IMG/VR virus record: IMGVR_UViG_3300034683_000458
Strand: one strand, 5' to 3'
Length of the DNA stretch: 45,630 nucleotides
Source: a virus
How positions within the stretch are numbered: position 1 is the stretch's first letter; each line of letters begins with the position of its first letter. Below the pieces are notes generated by a model. It did no database searches. It saw nothing but the letters and a program-made list of their open reading frames with translations, and was not told where the DNA came from. The translations under genes and the position numbers were made by a program. This document shows positions 23,067 through 33,058 of the stretch, piece after piece.

Positions 23067-23466
23067 ACTCCTCTAGCTCAATATTCACTTCTGCCACCAG
23101 TACATTTCCCCTGTTATCTATCTGTTTATGTTCCCTCCTGAAATTCTTTATTGCCCAAAGATTTTCTCCATAGCTTTTCCCGCCGATCACCAGCGACACA
23201 GGACTGCCTGAACGCTGGACCAGCCTTAGTTTTTCTATCTCGGCCATGGGGTTAATGCCCAAAGCCACATCAAAACGCATCGTAAATGTTATCGTATCCA
23301 AATCCGGCCCCAAGAACTCGGTCTTAGGCTTCTGCAGATGGATCTCGTGTTTCCCTGTTCTGATTGAGGAAGTTTGCTCGAAATTATCGAACGTGAGCAC
23401 CTTGTCGCTTGATACAGAAAAAACAATTATGTTATTCAGCTTTTCATCGCCTATTGCTCCAATCAT
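23059..23466 (-). CDS. P2 gpU-like tail protein.
   Basis: EFLGPDLDTITFTMRF...PMAEIEKLRLVQRSGSPVSLVIGGKSYGENLWAI matches the GpU pattern. The ATG at 23466 follows a GGAGGTGG RBS. Confidence 0.55.
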   Translation of the reverse strand: MIGAIGDEKLNNIIVFSVSSDKVLTFDNFEQTSSIRTGKHEIHLQKPKTEFLGPDLDTITFTMRFDVALGINPMAEIEKLRLVQRSGSPVSLVIGGKSYGENLWAIKNFRREHKQIDNRGNVLVAEVNIELEEYV

Positions 23467-23479
23467 ATATAACCACCTC

Positions 23480-23986
23480 CTATTGCGGAGGATCTGTCGG
23501 GCCGCCGCTGTCATTCTCGGGATGTACGTGATTTTTGAGGCTTATCCCGTCGGCAATCACGTCTCCGGTGACGTTGACATTCCCGGTTGCAGCTATATTG
23601 ACAGGACCATTCACATTTATGTTCACGACTCCTGACGGCACATCAACTGTTAACAAGTGCTGTGCTCTGTCATATTCGATATATGTCCCATCGTCGAAAA
23701 GCATGGCTCGCTTGTCGTTGGTTTTAAGATCCGGTTCGTTGTTTGCCGAATATAAAGATCCTAAAACAAACCCGCTTGCGTTGCCCGTTGGCAAAAAGGC
23801 ACACAAAACATATTCGCCAACGTCTGGCATCCAATAAGCTCTATTTTTTAGTGTTTGCGTTTGAAGCACCGAAAGCTCGTAGGAAACTAAATTGTGTGCT
23901 TCAAAGACCACTCGTGCTGTTGCCTTTTCGGGGTATACAGCAGATATCTTACCCACACGCAAAACGCCTTTTATGTTGTCCATCAA
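23480..23986 (-). CDS. Baseplate assembly / spike protein, gpV-like.
   Basis: GKISAVYPEKATARVVF...WMPDVGEYVLCAFLPTGNASGFVLGSLYS. Confidence 0.75.
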   Translation of the reverse strand: MMDNIKGVLRVGKISAVYPEKATARVVFEAHNLVSYELSVLQTQTLKNRAYWMPDVGEYVLCAFLPTGNASGFVLGSLYSANNEPDLKTNDKRAMLFDDGTYIEYDRAQHLLTVDVPSGVVNINVNGPVNIAATGNVNVTGDVIADGISLKNHVHPENDSGGPTDPPQ

Positions 23987-24999
23987 TATCCCTCCAGCGT
24001 CTTGCGCAGCTCTAATTTTGTTTCATAAGCAGGTCCGGAGTGAGTAGCGCTCTCAATCGCATATTTGCCGTCAAACTTGCCGAAACCCGCCAAAGAAACG
24101 TTAACCCCGGCAATAAGCGTGGGGTTGCCAAATAGGGTCATACTTGCCGTATTTTCCGATGCGTTGGCCTTGCGCAGCTTCCTTTTGCACAGCTTTTCCG
24201 CTTCGGCTATGCTGCTTACCCTTTCGTTTATGACGAGAGTCTTTTTGCCCGGTGGAGAATTGGGCGGAGTAAAGGTATATGTTATCGGATCTTCCCATAT
24301 AGTTGATTGATATTCGACCCTCGCGGCAGAATATATCTTTCGCATAGAAGACGAAAAGGAATAGGAGATGATGTCGGATGTGCCTCTTGTTATCGTTGCT
24401 ATACTGGGGGCCGCATCGTATTTCTCGTCATCCAAAATTATGATTTTATCGCTTGATACCTTTAGCCTTAGTGCGGCCTTATCACACAACCCCTGAAGAA
24501 ACGATAAATCGGCCTCCTCCGACTGCTCTATTCTGTCGTATTCAGGGTCATAATCGCTGTCGAACATAAGCTCAAGCTGTGCATCAGCCGCTATGTCGCC
24601 GGCAATGGCAGACAGCGTGGTATCTTCCCATGCTCTCGTCTTTGTCTCGTCTACGAGCGAAGACCTCACCGGTACGGACACGCCTTTCAACGTCATGATG
24701 TCCGGCGGTCCATCATAGGCTATTTCATCTATTTCAAAGGAACCTAACGGCAAAATGCGTGTGGTATTCGGGCTGTCCCAGTCATAGACAATCAATGATG
24801 CCGTCAGTCTGGCGCCTTTCTGTGGATACCAACTTGTACGCCATAATCCTTTCTTGTCGTCCAATACAACCTGTAAATCGTCTGCCTTTTGATCCGAGTT
24901 GTCTTGGTATGAAAAACTTATAAGATAATCCTGAAGATCGGCAGTTATATTCACATTGTTATATGTCAGCGATAAAGTCGCACGCCTTAACTTACCCAC
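23983..24999 (-). CDS. Late control D / baseplate hub protein (P2 gpD, Mu gp44-like).
   Basis: Size, position and ...LSLTYNNVNITADLQDYLISFSYQDNSDQKADDLQVVLDD.... The GTG at 24999 is 1 nt after the gpX-like stop; the ORF track extends to 25062. Confidence 0.7.
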   Translation of the reverse strand: MGKLRRATLSLTYNNVNITADLQDYLISFSYQDNSDQKADDLQVVLDDKKGLWRTSWYPQKGARLTASLIVYDWDSPNTTRILPLGSFEIDEIAYDGPPDIMTLKGVSVPVRSSLVDETKTRAWEDTTLSAIAGDIAADAQLELMFDSDYDPEYDRIEQSEEADLSFLQGLCDKAALRLKVSSDKIIILDDEKYDAAPSIATITRGTSDIISYSFSSSMRKIYSAARVEYQSTIWEDPITYTFTPPNSPPGKKTLVINERVSSIAEAEKLCKRKLRKANASENTASMTLFGNPTLIAGVNVSLAGFGKFDGKYAIESATHSGPAYETKLELRKTLEGY

Positions 25000-25000
25000 G

Positions 25001-25219
25001 CTACGCGCCTCGCTTCCATGGCGGAAGTGTTTTAGGCAGTTCCACCCGAACATCCGGAACAACCAACACTATATCTGCAGGGAATATGACATAATGTATA
25101 TAAGCTGGATTAGCATCCAACAGCGCGTGCATATAAAATTCCGCACCCGATTGCTCACCATAAACCTTATAAGCGATGTAATCCCATGTATCTCCCTGCA
25201 CCGTTATATATTTACGCAT
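25001..25219 (-). CDS. Tail protein X (P2 gpX-like, LysM-type).
   Basis: YITVQGDTWDYIAYKVYG...LLDANP.... Confidence 0.7.
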   Translation of the reverse strand: MRKYITVQGDTWDYIAYKVYGEQSGAEFYMHALLDANPAYIHYVIFPADIVLVVPDVRVELPKTLPPWKRGA

Positions 25220-27611
25220 AGCTCAATCTCCCTTGCTGTGCCAGGAAGGCCTTGAGCCTGGCCTCGAACTCTTCCTGGGCTTTTCTTTCGGCTCTAAGCA
25301 CTTCGCTCCTAATTTGCTCCGGGCTAACCCCACCTTGCTCGTAAATATTTATCACAGGCGATGCAGGCGAATAGGTAATGTTGACTGACGGGGCTGTAGT
25401 CCCAGTTCTGCTTTCCCTGATGACACCCAACAATCGGTCCAACGGCAATATGGCTTCCGGACCCTTTTCTGCCACCATGGCCACATGCGGAGTTGAGAAC
25501 ACGCCACCCTCGGCGTGTCCTGGCACAGGTGCAGGAGCTGCTGCCGGAGCCTTGATCTGCTCGATCATCTGGATGTTTACGCCCTTGCCCCCGATCATTG
25601 GTAGCCAGCTAGGGAGTTTTATCTTGTTTAGCTTGTCGATGAACCAGTTGACCTTGTCTATCACCCAGTTAAGGGCGTTTGTGACGGCCTGGAACACTGA
25701 TGTGGCGCCAGCGGCAATAACCCCCCACAGCGCGTTCATTGCATTGCGCACCGTCTCGCTTTTCTTATAGAGTATGACAAGGGCAGCCACAAGACCTGAT
25801 ATCGCTATTACCAAAAGCGCAACAGGATTGGCCGACAATGCGGCATTGAGCAGCCATTGAGCTGCAGTCCATACCTTAGTTGCTATGGCAATGCCCTTGA
25901 CTGCCATCGTATAGGCAGCCAACCTTGCCACCGAAAGCAGCGACGTTCCAAGTTTTATAGCAAGATTGAATGCCACTTGCGCCCCCGTCCAAAGTTTAGT
26001 AGCAGCTGCAGCAGCAATTACCTTAATCTGATATGCCACAATGGGCAGGGCATGCAAGGCCCCTGCAGATAAGGATAACACTGCTCTTAGTCCCTTTTGG
26101 GCCAAAGAAAAAGCTTTGGTTGACACAGTAGCTATCTTAGTAACAGCATTGTGCTTTACAAGGAATACATACAGCTTCGCAAGCTTTGCCAGCCCGGAAA
26201 ATACTACGAACTCCATGGCATGGACAGCCACGTTGAACGCAAGCATCCCAGCAGTGCCCAACACTAACACTTTCGTTAATTTTGGATGGGCTTTCGTCCA
26301 TTTTGCTATTTTGTCCGATACTCCCGATAACCTTTCTGCTGTGGCAGCCAAGGGAGGCAGAAGGACACTGCCAAGGTTAACGCTCAAGATGTTAATGTTA
26401 TTAGCCAATATACGAATTGCGTTCGCAGTTGTCTTAGAGCGCTCTTCAAACTCTTTTTCCATGCTTCCCTGATATTGTGTGGCGTCTCCAACTTTTTGCA
26501 GGTTCTCCCTCAGTTTATCAATATTGGTTATTAGAGGGGCTATGGCTGCGACACTCTCTCTACCAAATAAATCGGTCAAAATAGCAGTCCGTTTATATTC
26601 GGGGATCTTACCCAAGGCTTCGATAACGCTCAAGATAGCCCCGCTGGCATCTTTTTGCATGGCCTTTGCCAATTTGGTCGCTGACAGCCCCAGCGACTTG
26701 AACGCTTTCTTTTGCCTATCCGTTGCGCTTGCCCCTGAATTCAGACGCAAAACCAAGTTTTTGATGCCAGTCGCTGCAACCTCTTCTTGGATACCGACGC
26801 TACCTATTGTCGCCCCAAGTGCAACTATCTCTCTTGCGGCCACACCGCCTATTTCTCCAAGAGGCCCAATTTTAGTAACTATATCTGAGATTTTTGGTGC
26901 AGAAGCAGCAGTAGTATTACCCAAATAGTTGATTTGATCGGCAAGTTCGTTGACTTCTTTTTGGCTCATTTTGAAAGCCGTACGCCACTGGGCCATCATT
27001 TGCCCTGCCTGTTCAGCCGTAATGTCGAAGGCAACGCCCATTTTAGCTGCGCTTTCTGCAAAAGCCAATAATTCATCCCTTGCAACCCCTGCCTGACCTG
27101 CCGCTGCAACGATATCAGCCAAACCGCGAGCTGTCATAGGTATGCGTTTGGTAAGAGATAAAATGTCTTCCCCCATTTTCTTGAACTGTTCTGGCGTTTC
27201 AAAGTCGATGACTTTGCGCACGTCAGCCATAGAAGATTCAAAGTTCATTGCTGCAACGACCGGCCCTGCAAGGGCAGCAGTCATGAGGGCAGTTGAGCGC
27301 AGAAGCTTACCGCCTGCGGCAGATGCCTTTTCTTCCATACTTCTCTGGAAATTGACAGCTTTGGCAAGGCCTTCCTGGGCTGCCTTGGCCTTTTCGAGCT
27401 CGGCTGTAAGCTTCGTGTAGGAAGCGGCATACTCTTCGGCAGATATCTTGCCCTGTTTATGGGCTTCCTCAAGCTCCTTTAGGCTTTTCTTGACACCTGT
27501 GATTTTATCCTGGTGTTTCTGAAGGATTGAAGCGGCAGACATGAAAGATTGGCTGAATGTAGATTCAAGTTTGCCTGCAATTTTTACAGCTATTTCATAG
27601 GTAGTTGCCAT
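25212..27611 (-). CDS. Tail tape measure protein.
   Basis: 799 aa, helical and Ala-rich with hydrophobic repeats. It lies immediately downstream of the chaperone frameshift pair. Confidence 0.9.
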   Translation of the reverse strand: MATTYEIAVKIAGKLESTFSQSFMSAASILQKHQDKITGVKKSLKELEEAHKQGKISAEEYAASYTKLTAELEKAKAAQEGLAKAVNFQRSMEEKASAAGGKLLRSTALMTAALAGPVVAAMNFESSMADVRKVIDFETPEQFKKMGEDILSLTKRIPMTARGLADIVAAAGQAGVARDELLAFAESAAKMGVAFDITAEQAGQMMAQWRTAFKMSQKEVNELADQINYLGNTTAASAPKISDIVTKIGPLGEIGGVAAREIVALGATIGSVGIQEEVAATGIKNLVLRLNSGASATDRQKKAFKSLGLSATKLAKAMQKDASGAILSVIEALGKIPEYKRTAILTDLFGRESVAAIAPLITNIDKLRENLQKVGDATQYQGSMEKEFEERSKTTANAIRILANNINILSVNLGSVLLPPLAATAERLSGVSDKIAKWTKAHPKLTKVLVLGTAGMLAFNVAVHAMEFVVFSGLAKLAKLYVFLVKHNAVTKIATVSTKAFSLAQKGLRAVLSLSAGALHALPIVAYQIKVIAAAAATKLWTGAQVAFNLAIKLGTSLLSVARLAAYTMAVKGIAIATKVWTAAQWLLNAALSANPVALLVIAISGLVAALVILYKKSETVRNAMNALWGVIAAGATSVFQAVTNALNWVIDKVNWFIDKLNKIKLPSWLPMIGGKGVNIQMIEQIKAPAAAPAPVPGHAEGGVFSTPHVAMVAEKGPEAILPLDRLLGVIRESRTGTTAPSVNITYSPASPVINIYEQGGVSPEQIRSEVLRAERKAQEEFEARLKAFLAQQGRLSYA

Positions 27612-28037
27612 TCCTGCCGCCCCCTCTCTTCACAACTTTCGCAACCTTTTCGGCCCATGCTGTCAATTCGTTTAATGGCATTGAAATCCAGAAGCTTACA
27701 GGCGTATAAGTAGCCATGGATAGAGATACTGATACCTCCATAATCGCTCCGGTTTCCAGGCCGTTTACAGCAAAAAATTTTGTACAGCCAAAGTAATTGC
27801 CGTGAAATCCTTTGCAGAAAGTTTCATTATGTCATCTACATTAAATCCTGAAGCTTTAGCTGCAACTACAGCCAAATATTGTTTGGAAAGTTCCGGCACA
27901 AGGGCGTTGTCGCCCAGCAATCCAGATTCTCGAGATGCTGAAATTAAATCGGCGCCGGTAAGCTTATCAAAATCAAGCTCTATCTCCTTCATCTCGACGC
28001 CGTTTATCGTTATCGGTCTGTTAAGCTTTATCTTCAT
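27595..28037 (-). CDS. Predicted -1 frameshift fusion product of the tail chaperone (gpE+E'/GT-like).
   Basis: After T_TTT_TTG the -1 frame stays open for about 58 codons (FFAVNGLETGAIMEVSVSLSMATYTPVSFWISMPLNELTAWAEKV...) and ends inside the TMP start. Confidence 0.6.
27765..28037 (-). CDS. Tail assembly chaperone (gpE/gpG-like), frame-0 product.
   Basis: MKIKLNRPITINGVEMKEIELDFDKLTGADL.... The ATG at 28037 follows a GAGGTG RBS. Confidence 0.75.
   Translation of the reverse strand: MKIKLNRPITINGVEMKEIELDFDKLTGADLISASRESGLLGDNALVPELSKQYLAVVAAKASGFNVDDIMKLSAKDFTAITLAVQNFLL
27771..27777 (-). promoter_or_regulatory. Slippery heptamer T_TTT_TTG, a programmed -1 frameshift site.
   Basis: Frame 0 reads AAT TTT TTG CTG TAA. 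The heptamer has X_XXY_YYZ geometry, 2 codons before the stop. Confidence 0.6.
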
Positions 28038-28048
28038 CTGACAGCACC

Positions 28049-28576
28049 TCAATCGAGGCCAAGCGCTGCTCGAACTTGTGCGAGATAGTCAATGCCGTCA
28101 ATTTTACAGATGTAGTTGAGCTTGTCTATTTCCACCATGGTCGCGCCATCAATGTCTACCTTAATGTAAAGCACTTCAAACTGGTTAGATGCTCCTGCAT
28201 TAACGCCTACATCCAAATTGCCAAGGTTCACCGACGTCTTCGGTACGGCACGTAAGATTACCCTAACTGGACGCACCAAATATTCGCCTAATCCTGCGTC
28301 ATAGACCTGATTTGCTCCGCGCAGGTCAAGATTATGTGCCTTTTGTGCGGCAAGACTGAGCGTAGGTTTTTCTACAGTCCTCCAGTTAAGCGTACATGTC
28401 ATGCTTCCGAAATGCCCAAGCGTGGGGCTGTCTATCTCTCCCGCTATGCCGGCACCCTTCACGGTCTCGGTCATTGCTTCGATGCTTGGCAGTTCGACAT
28501 CGGCTACACCAATTAGATCGTTGCCATCAAGGTACACCCTGAAATTTATGAGCTTCTCAGGTACTTGATTTGCCAT
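28049..28576 (-). CDS. Major tail tube protein (P2 FII-like).
   Basis: KLINFRVYLDGNDLIGVADVELPSIEAMTETVKGAGIAGEIDSP. Confidence 0.85.
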   Translation of the reverse strand: MANQVPEKLINFRVYLDGNDLIGVADVELPSIEAMTETVKGAGIAGEIDSPTLGHFGSMTCTLNWRTVEKPTLSLAAQKAHNLDLRGANQVYDAGLGEYLVRPVRVILRAVPKTSVNLGNLDVGVNAGASNQFEVLYIKVDIDGATMVEIDKLNYICKIDGIDYLAQVRAALGLD

Positions 28577-28590
28577 TTATTCCACCCTCC

Positions 28591-30042
28591 TTACGCTGCG
28601 AACAGCGTTTCGAGATACTGCGGATCGTATTCGACGATGAAGTCGATCTCGCGTGCAGGTGCCGGGGGCGTTACATACACATGGAAGCGAATGATGCCGT
28701 CGATTAGATCGGTCGTTGGGTTTTCGTCGCGATTAAACTCGACCCTTCCCCCAAGGATGAACTGTCTGGCAGCAAGACCGTTGAGCCAGATGTTTGCCGA
28801 ATCCACTATCGTCTCCACAAGTCTCCTCGTGATCGGATAGTCAACTTTCTGCCAGAATGTGAGCACAAGGGTATTGCCTATCCAGTCAAACATCCTCCGG
28901 ATAGGGATAAAGGTGTCTTTAACATCGGTCATGCTGGGATATGCTCCGGTCCTGTTGCCCCAGGCTCTCCAACCGCCTATGAAGTTAAGCGCAGTGACTA
29001 CGCCCTGCCCATTCAGGTATGCTGCCTGCTCCGGGCCAAGGGCAACTTCTTTCCCGTTAGCAACTGCACCATTGGCCTGGATTGACTTGTTTGATGGGCT
29101 TACGTAGGGCACGTCATCGTTTTGCGAATCTACCTTGCACATTACCCCGGCCAGCTGCGTGGAAAGATGAAACTCTTTAGTCCCAAGTTTTATCTTCGGC
29201 CAGCAGACAACCTGTCGCTCATAGATAAAGTTGTTCTGATTCTTCCACTCTGAGACATCGGAATATTTTTCAACTTCTTCAGGCACATCCACCAGCGCTA
29301 TACACTTGAAGTGGGAATTTATATTGGACGCCTTCGCCACCATCACTGCCGCCACTTCGGGATCATCGGACCAGCCGGGGGCAAGGATCATGCCAGGCAC
29401 AAGGCCAAATTTAGGGAAGACTTTGTCGATTAGCTCAAGACCTATATAATCGCCGGTAGTGGCATCCACGCCTCCAATTATGTCATCAGCCTCGACAAGA
29501 GAAGGATCAAGATAATCATAAGTTACCTTTATCCCCGAAGCTTCTCCGATACCACCGCTCGAAAGGCGCGTTATGACCGCGTATCCGTCTTCATCGAACC
29601 CGAGAGCATAATCCGTGCCCAAAACATACGTCTCTGGCTCTGTTGCAGTTGATTTGACAACTACCGTATTCAGCAAAACTCCTTTATTTTGCAATTTGAC
29701 AGCCTGGACAGTAGCCGAAAATGTGTAACTCTCATCAGTTTTACTCGTTTTATGTGTAGCCGGGTCCAAAACATTGACTAAAACCACCGGAGATACATTA
29801 AAAAGAGCAAAATGAGAGTATATGAACTCGCATAAAGTATAGTTAGCCCAGTCATCGCTATATCCAAAAGCCTCAACCGCTTCCTGATAGGTATAGCAAA
29901 GCACCGGCTTGTTTACATTGGCTGGATCTGCTAGGTTTATGGGAGCAGTCCCTATTACAAAAGGCAATCCCGCCGTTGTTCTCACCGGTGGGATTATCGA
30001 AGTCGGCACTTCAGAAATATATACGCCATGCCTATATGCCAT
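28591..30042 (-). CDS. Contractile tail sheath protein (P2 FI-like).
   Basis: 483 aa starting MAYRHGVYISEVPTSIIPPV, directly upstream of the tube gene. Confidence 0.85.
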   Translation of the reverse strand: MAYRHGVYISEVPTSIIPPVRTTAGLPFVIGTAPINLADPANVNKPVLCYTYQEAVEAFGYSDDWANYTLCEFIYSHFALFNVSPVVLVNVLDPATHKTSKTDESYTFSATVQAVKLQNKGVLLNTVVVKSTATEPETYVLGTDYALGFDEDGYAVITRLSSGGIGEASGIKVTYDYLDPSLVEADDIIGGVDATTGDYIGLELIDKVFPKFGLVPGMILAPGWSDDPEVAAVMVAKASNINSHFKCIALVDVPEEVEKYSDVSEWKNQNNFIYERQVVCWPKIKLGTKEFHLSTQLAGVMCKVDSQNDDVPYVSPSNKSIQANGAVANGKEVALGPEQAAYLNGQGVVTALNFIGGWRAWGNRTGAYPSMTDVKDTFIPIRRMFDWIGNTLVLTFWQKVDYPITRRLVETIVDSANIWLNGLAARQFILGGRVEFNRDENPTTDLIDGIIRFHVYVTPPAPAREIDFIVEYDPQYLETLFAA

Positions 30043-30045
30043 CTA

Positions 30046-30333
30046 TCACACACCACCTTTTGAGATAAATTTCATGACTTTCTCGTAAGCTATTTGTTCA
30101 GGCGTTCCTTTAGTATCTACTGCTCTGTTTACTCTTGTTAGCTCTGCTACCGGAACAAACAGCATCTTTATTTCTGGGCATTTATCTATCAGCTCGTTCA
30201 AATATTCAGGGATGCCGTCCTTAAAGATTCTGTATTTGGAGAGCATTCCACCTGGGATGTTTGGGCCACAATAGATCACTTTATCTTTTGTCTTAAGCGA
30301 ATATTTGATCTTTTTATTTAAAGAATTCGCCAT
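30046..30333 (-). CDS. Hypothetical structural-module protein.
   Basis: 95-aa ORF upstream of the sheath gene. Confidence 0.45.
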   Translation of the reverse strand: MANSLNKKIKYSLKTKDKVIYCGPNIPGGMLSKYRIFKDGIPEYLNELIDKCPEIKMLFVPVAELTRVNRAVDTKGTPEQIAYEKVMKFISKGGV

Positions 30334-30832
30334 CCTGTATCACCTCCTTGTCATATATCTCCTCAAGCGGACGCGCTATTATCCAGTTCGTAGTCATTTC
30401 GCCAATCCACTGCGGATACGGCTGCTCCTCCGGCATCTCAAACCGACAGGGATATTCCACCCTGTATTTTTTGGCAATCACTCTCTTCTTAAAGAGATCT
30501 ATCCAAATCCTAGTCGCCGTATTCGCCACGTCGCGCCATCCGTCTTGCGCGTCATAAGAATATGTGCCGATCACCAGTTTGACGATTGCCTGAGCATAAT
30601 CACGACCGGTACCTCCGCCCTTTTCGCTTGTATCCTCAAAAGAAAGAAGCCTGACTATCACGAAGGGGAAGTCCTCCTCTTGCAGTTCAGGCTTCTTGGG
30701 ATTTTTAGGAGGCAAGTATCCGGCAATAATTTGCGGAGGTCTTATGTCGTCTTTTTGGGTTTTCAGCTGTAAATCTTTGACGCTGACACTCAAAAATTCA
30801 CAGATAGCGTCAATTAAATCAACCGGGCTCAT
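30314..30832 (-). CDS. Putative tail completion / terminator protein.
   Basis: Assigned by position only, between the gpZ-like and sheath genes. Confidence 0.35.
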   Translation of the reverse strand: MSPVDLIDAICEFLSVSVKDLQLKTQKDDIRPPQIIAGYLPPKNPKKPELQEEDFPFVIVRLLSFEDTSEKGGGTGRDYAQAIVKLVIGTYSYDAQDGWRDVANTATRIWIDLFKKRVIAKKYRVEYPCRFEMPEEQPYPQWIGEMTTNWIIARPLEEIYDKEVIQDGEFFK

Positions 30833-31386
30833 TTGCCATACCCCTTTAACAATCTCGTAATTTCGTGCTCTAACCTTTCGTCCAGCACCTCGACCGCCCG
30901 CTCTTCGATTTTGCCCATTACTTCTTTGTTCCCGATCATGTGCGGTACTGACGGGCCAAAAAGCTCCTTTATCGGCAGCCTTTTTGATGTTTTCCTCATA
31001 TATGCACCGATATGGCCCGAAGGCATGCGGGCAACAAAAGCATGCCGCAATGTACCACCTGCGCTGCCTTTTCTAACTTGAGCACGCAATGGACGAGTTT
31101 GCGGCGGACTGGCAGGCGATATGCGAAATTTGGACAGCGGGATGACCCTACCGGATGCCCGAAGCGTTGCCATTGGGCCTGACGAAGAGGCCTTTTCAAT
31201 GGACATGGGCGAGCGAACATCTTGCGCTTTGATGATATACTGGGCGCGCACCTGTTTGACGGCTTCCGTCCTCGCAGCAGAAGCTGCCCTGTTTATCGCA
31301 GAAGATACAGCCCTATTTGCGCCTTTGGGAACACTTGCCAAAACCGTCTTTACGCGCTCAAGCTGTTTGTCGTCAATCTCTATCAT
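30829..31386 (-). CDS. Lambda gpZ-like minor tail / tail completion protein.
   Basis: AVSSAINRAASAARTEAVKQV...GRVIPLSKF...HAFVARMPSGHIGAYMRK...LPIKELFGPS parallels gpZ. Confidence 0.5.
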   Translation of the reverse strand: MIEIDDKQLERVKTVLASVPKGANRAVSSAINRAASAARTEAVKQVRAQYIIKAQDVRSPMSIEKASSSGPMATLRASGRVIPLSKFRISPASPPQTRPLRAQVRKGSAGGTLRHAFVARMPSGHIGAYMRKTSKRLPIKELFGPSVPHMIGNKEVMGKIEERAVEVLDERLEHEITRLLKGYGK

Positions 31387-31703
31387 GATTCCGCAGCCTC
31401 CAGAGTAATACGAAAGATCCCCATGTCATCGGCACACTCTTTGACTGTATATATATTGCCGTCAAGCCTCATAATTTGGCCGTAAACAGGACGATAATTC
31501 AGATCAGACTCTTTTACGTAAAGTGCTATTTCGCCGCGGTATACGCCATCGTACATTTCTGTTTTGTTATTGCTGTATATTTTGAGAATGTCACTGTCGA
31601 TCAGGGCTTTTATCATTTGTCCGTCTATATCGTGCAGATCTGCAAATTCGTCGGTATTTAAGAACACATGAACGTCACGATGGATATAATCCCGCAGCTT
31701 CAT
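31383..31703 (-). CDS. Head-tail adaptor / head completion protein.
   Basis: Position and size, 106 aa. Confidence 0.4.
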   Translation of the reverse strand: MKLRDYIHRDVHVFLNTDEFADLHDIDGQMIKALIDSDILKIYSNNKTEMYDGVYRGEIALYVKESDLNYRPVYGQIMRLDGNIYTVKECADDMGIFRITLEAAES

Positions 31704-31970
31704 TTAATCCACCGCCTTCTTCTTTCTGCCCTTTGATTTTTGTGTTATATTTTGCCCCTCAAGTGACTCGCAAATGTTTTTTTCTTCCTCTGGCATAATT
31801 TTTTCTTCTTCCGCATACTTTTCGATTGTGCCGTTAGATGCTGCAATAAGGCGGTCTTCTTCCTCCTCCGAAAGGCCATAAAGAATGGACCCGCCTGGAA
31901 GGCCGGGTCCATATCTTATTCCTTTATATCTCACGCCGAAGCGTTTTATTTTGATGGCCAATAAAATCAC
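31704..31970 (-). CDS. Hypothetical protein downstream of the capsid gene.
   Basis: 88-aa ORF with a non-ATG start. Confidence 0.35.
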   Translation of the reverse strand: MILLAIKIKRFGVRYKGIRYGPGLPGGSILYGLSEEEEDRLIAASNGTIEKYAEEEKIMPEEEKNICESLEGQNITQKSKGRKKKAVD

Positions 31971-33029
31971 CTACTTCACTTTTAAGACATACCAGGAATC
32001 TACATCCTCCGGCTTGGGAAGCGGACGGGAAGCTATGCGAATCATCTTCATGTCGTTATTTGTGTCGTTCCATACCTTAGGAATTCTGGTGCCTTCATAG
32101 GTATGGAATTGGCCGTCGTCCTCAAGCTGTGTAACGGCTCCATACAGCCTGGAACCTAAACCGGTCCTGGCCATGATGAGATGGCCATCCGGCATCATAG
32201 GCGTTTCCACGCCATCGTCATCGATGAACCATTCGTCGTATGTGTATATCTCAAGGCCAAGGCTCGCTAGAGTCCCGACATAGGTAACGCCGTCCATCCT
32301 TACGCGAGGCTGCATCTGCCCAAAAGAAAAGTTACGTATGTCGAACAGCTTTTGAATCGACTCGTCGTTAAGAAACAGCTCGACCACATCGTTTGCCATT
32401 ATGACTACGTCGGGATTAACCCCTGCCTTTTTAATTATCTCAAGCCTGATGTCCTTCAAATCACTATACTTTTTCCCTGGCGTGTTATCGTCGGCCCATA
32501 CTTCAGTACTGGTTAAGGTCTCTTTATTTGTAAAATTGAAATCTATGGTGTCTTCCACATAGTCCTGGCCTATCTTATCTACCCATCCCTTTATGGTTAC
32601 GGTGCCTTCAAGGAGAAGCTGTCTGCACATCCACTCCTCGCGTCTGACTATCATCTCGTCAAGCTCTGCCAGATCCTGTGCCAAGAGTTCCTGAGCTCTT
32701 TGTTCCGGGGTGCGGGTGCTGTATATGTCTTCTCCCATCAGCCGGTTGGCCAAGTCATCTATGGTCAGCAGGCGTTGAGGGGCGATATAGGGCGTAGTGT
32801 AGGTATCCGTCTTAAAGCCTACCCTATCCACCGTGATGCCGCCGCGTCTGCGGGCAACGAAAGGCGCCATCGCTCGCTTTCCCTTCTTGAAATCTACATC
32901 TACCTTCTCCGTCACAAAGGTCTGGACATTGGAGAAAAATGTATCTCTAAAGAAAGTCCTCACAGGCAACATCAAATTAATTGCCTGCATCATGGTCCTG
33001 GTTTCATAAATATTGGGTATCCCTGCCAT
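31971..33029 (-). CDS. Major capsid protein, lambda gpE family.
   Basis: MQAINLMLPVRTFFRDTFF...VDVDFKKGKRAMAPFV.... 352 aa, following the decoration gene. Confidence 0.85.
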   Translation of the reverse strand: MAGIPNIYETRTMMQAINLMLPVRTFFRDTFFSNVQTFVTEKVDVDFKKGKRAMAPFVARRRGGITVDRVGFKTDTYTTPYIAPQRLLTIDDLANRLMGEDIYSTRTPEQRAQELLAQDLAELDEMIVRREEWMCRQLLLEGTVTIKGWVDKIGQDYVEDTIDFNFTNKETLTSTEVWADDNTPGKKYSDLKDIRLEIIKKAGVNPDVVIMANDVVELFLNDESIQKLFDIRNFSFGQMQPRVRMDGVTYVGTLASLGLEIYTYDEWFIDDDGVETPMMPDGHLIMARTGLGSRLYGAVTQLEDDGQFHTYEGTRIPKVWNDTNNDMKMIRIASRPLPKPEDVDSWYVLKVK

Positions 33030-33058
33030 TATCTTTACCTCCTTCTTTCGGCCTAAAG

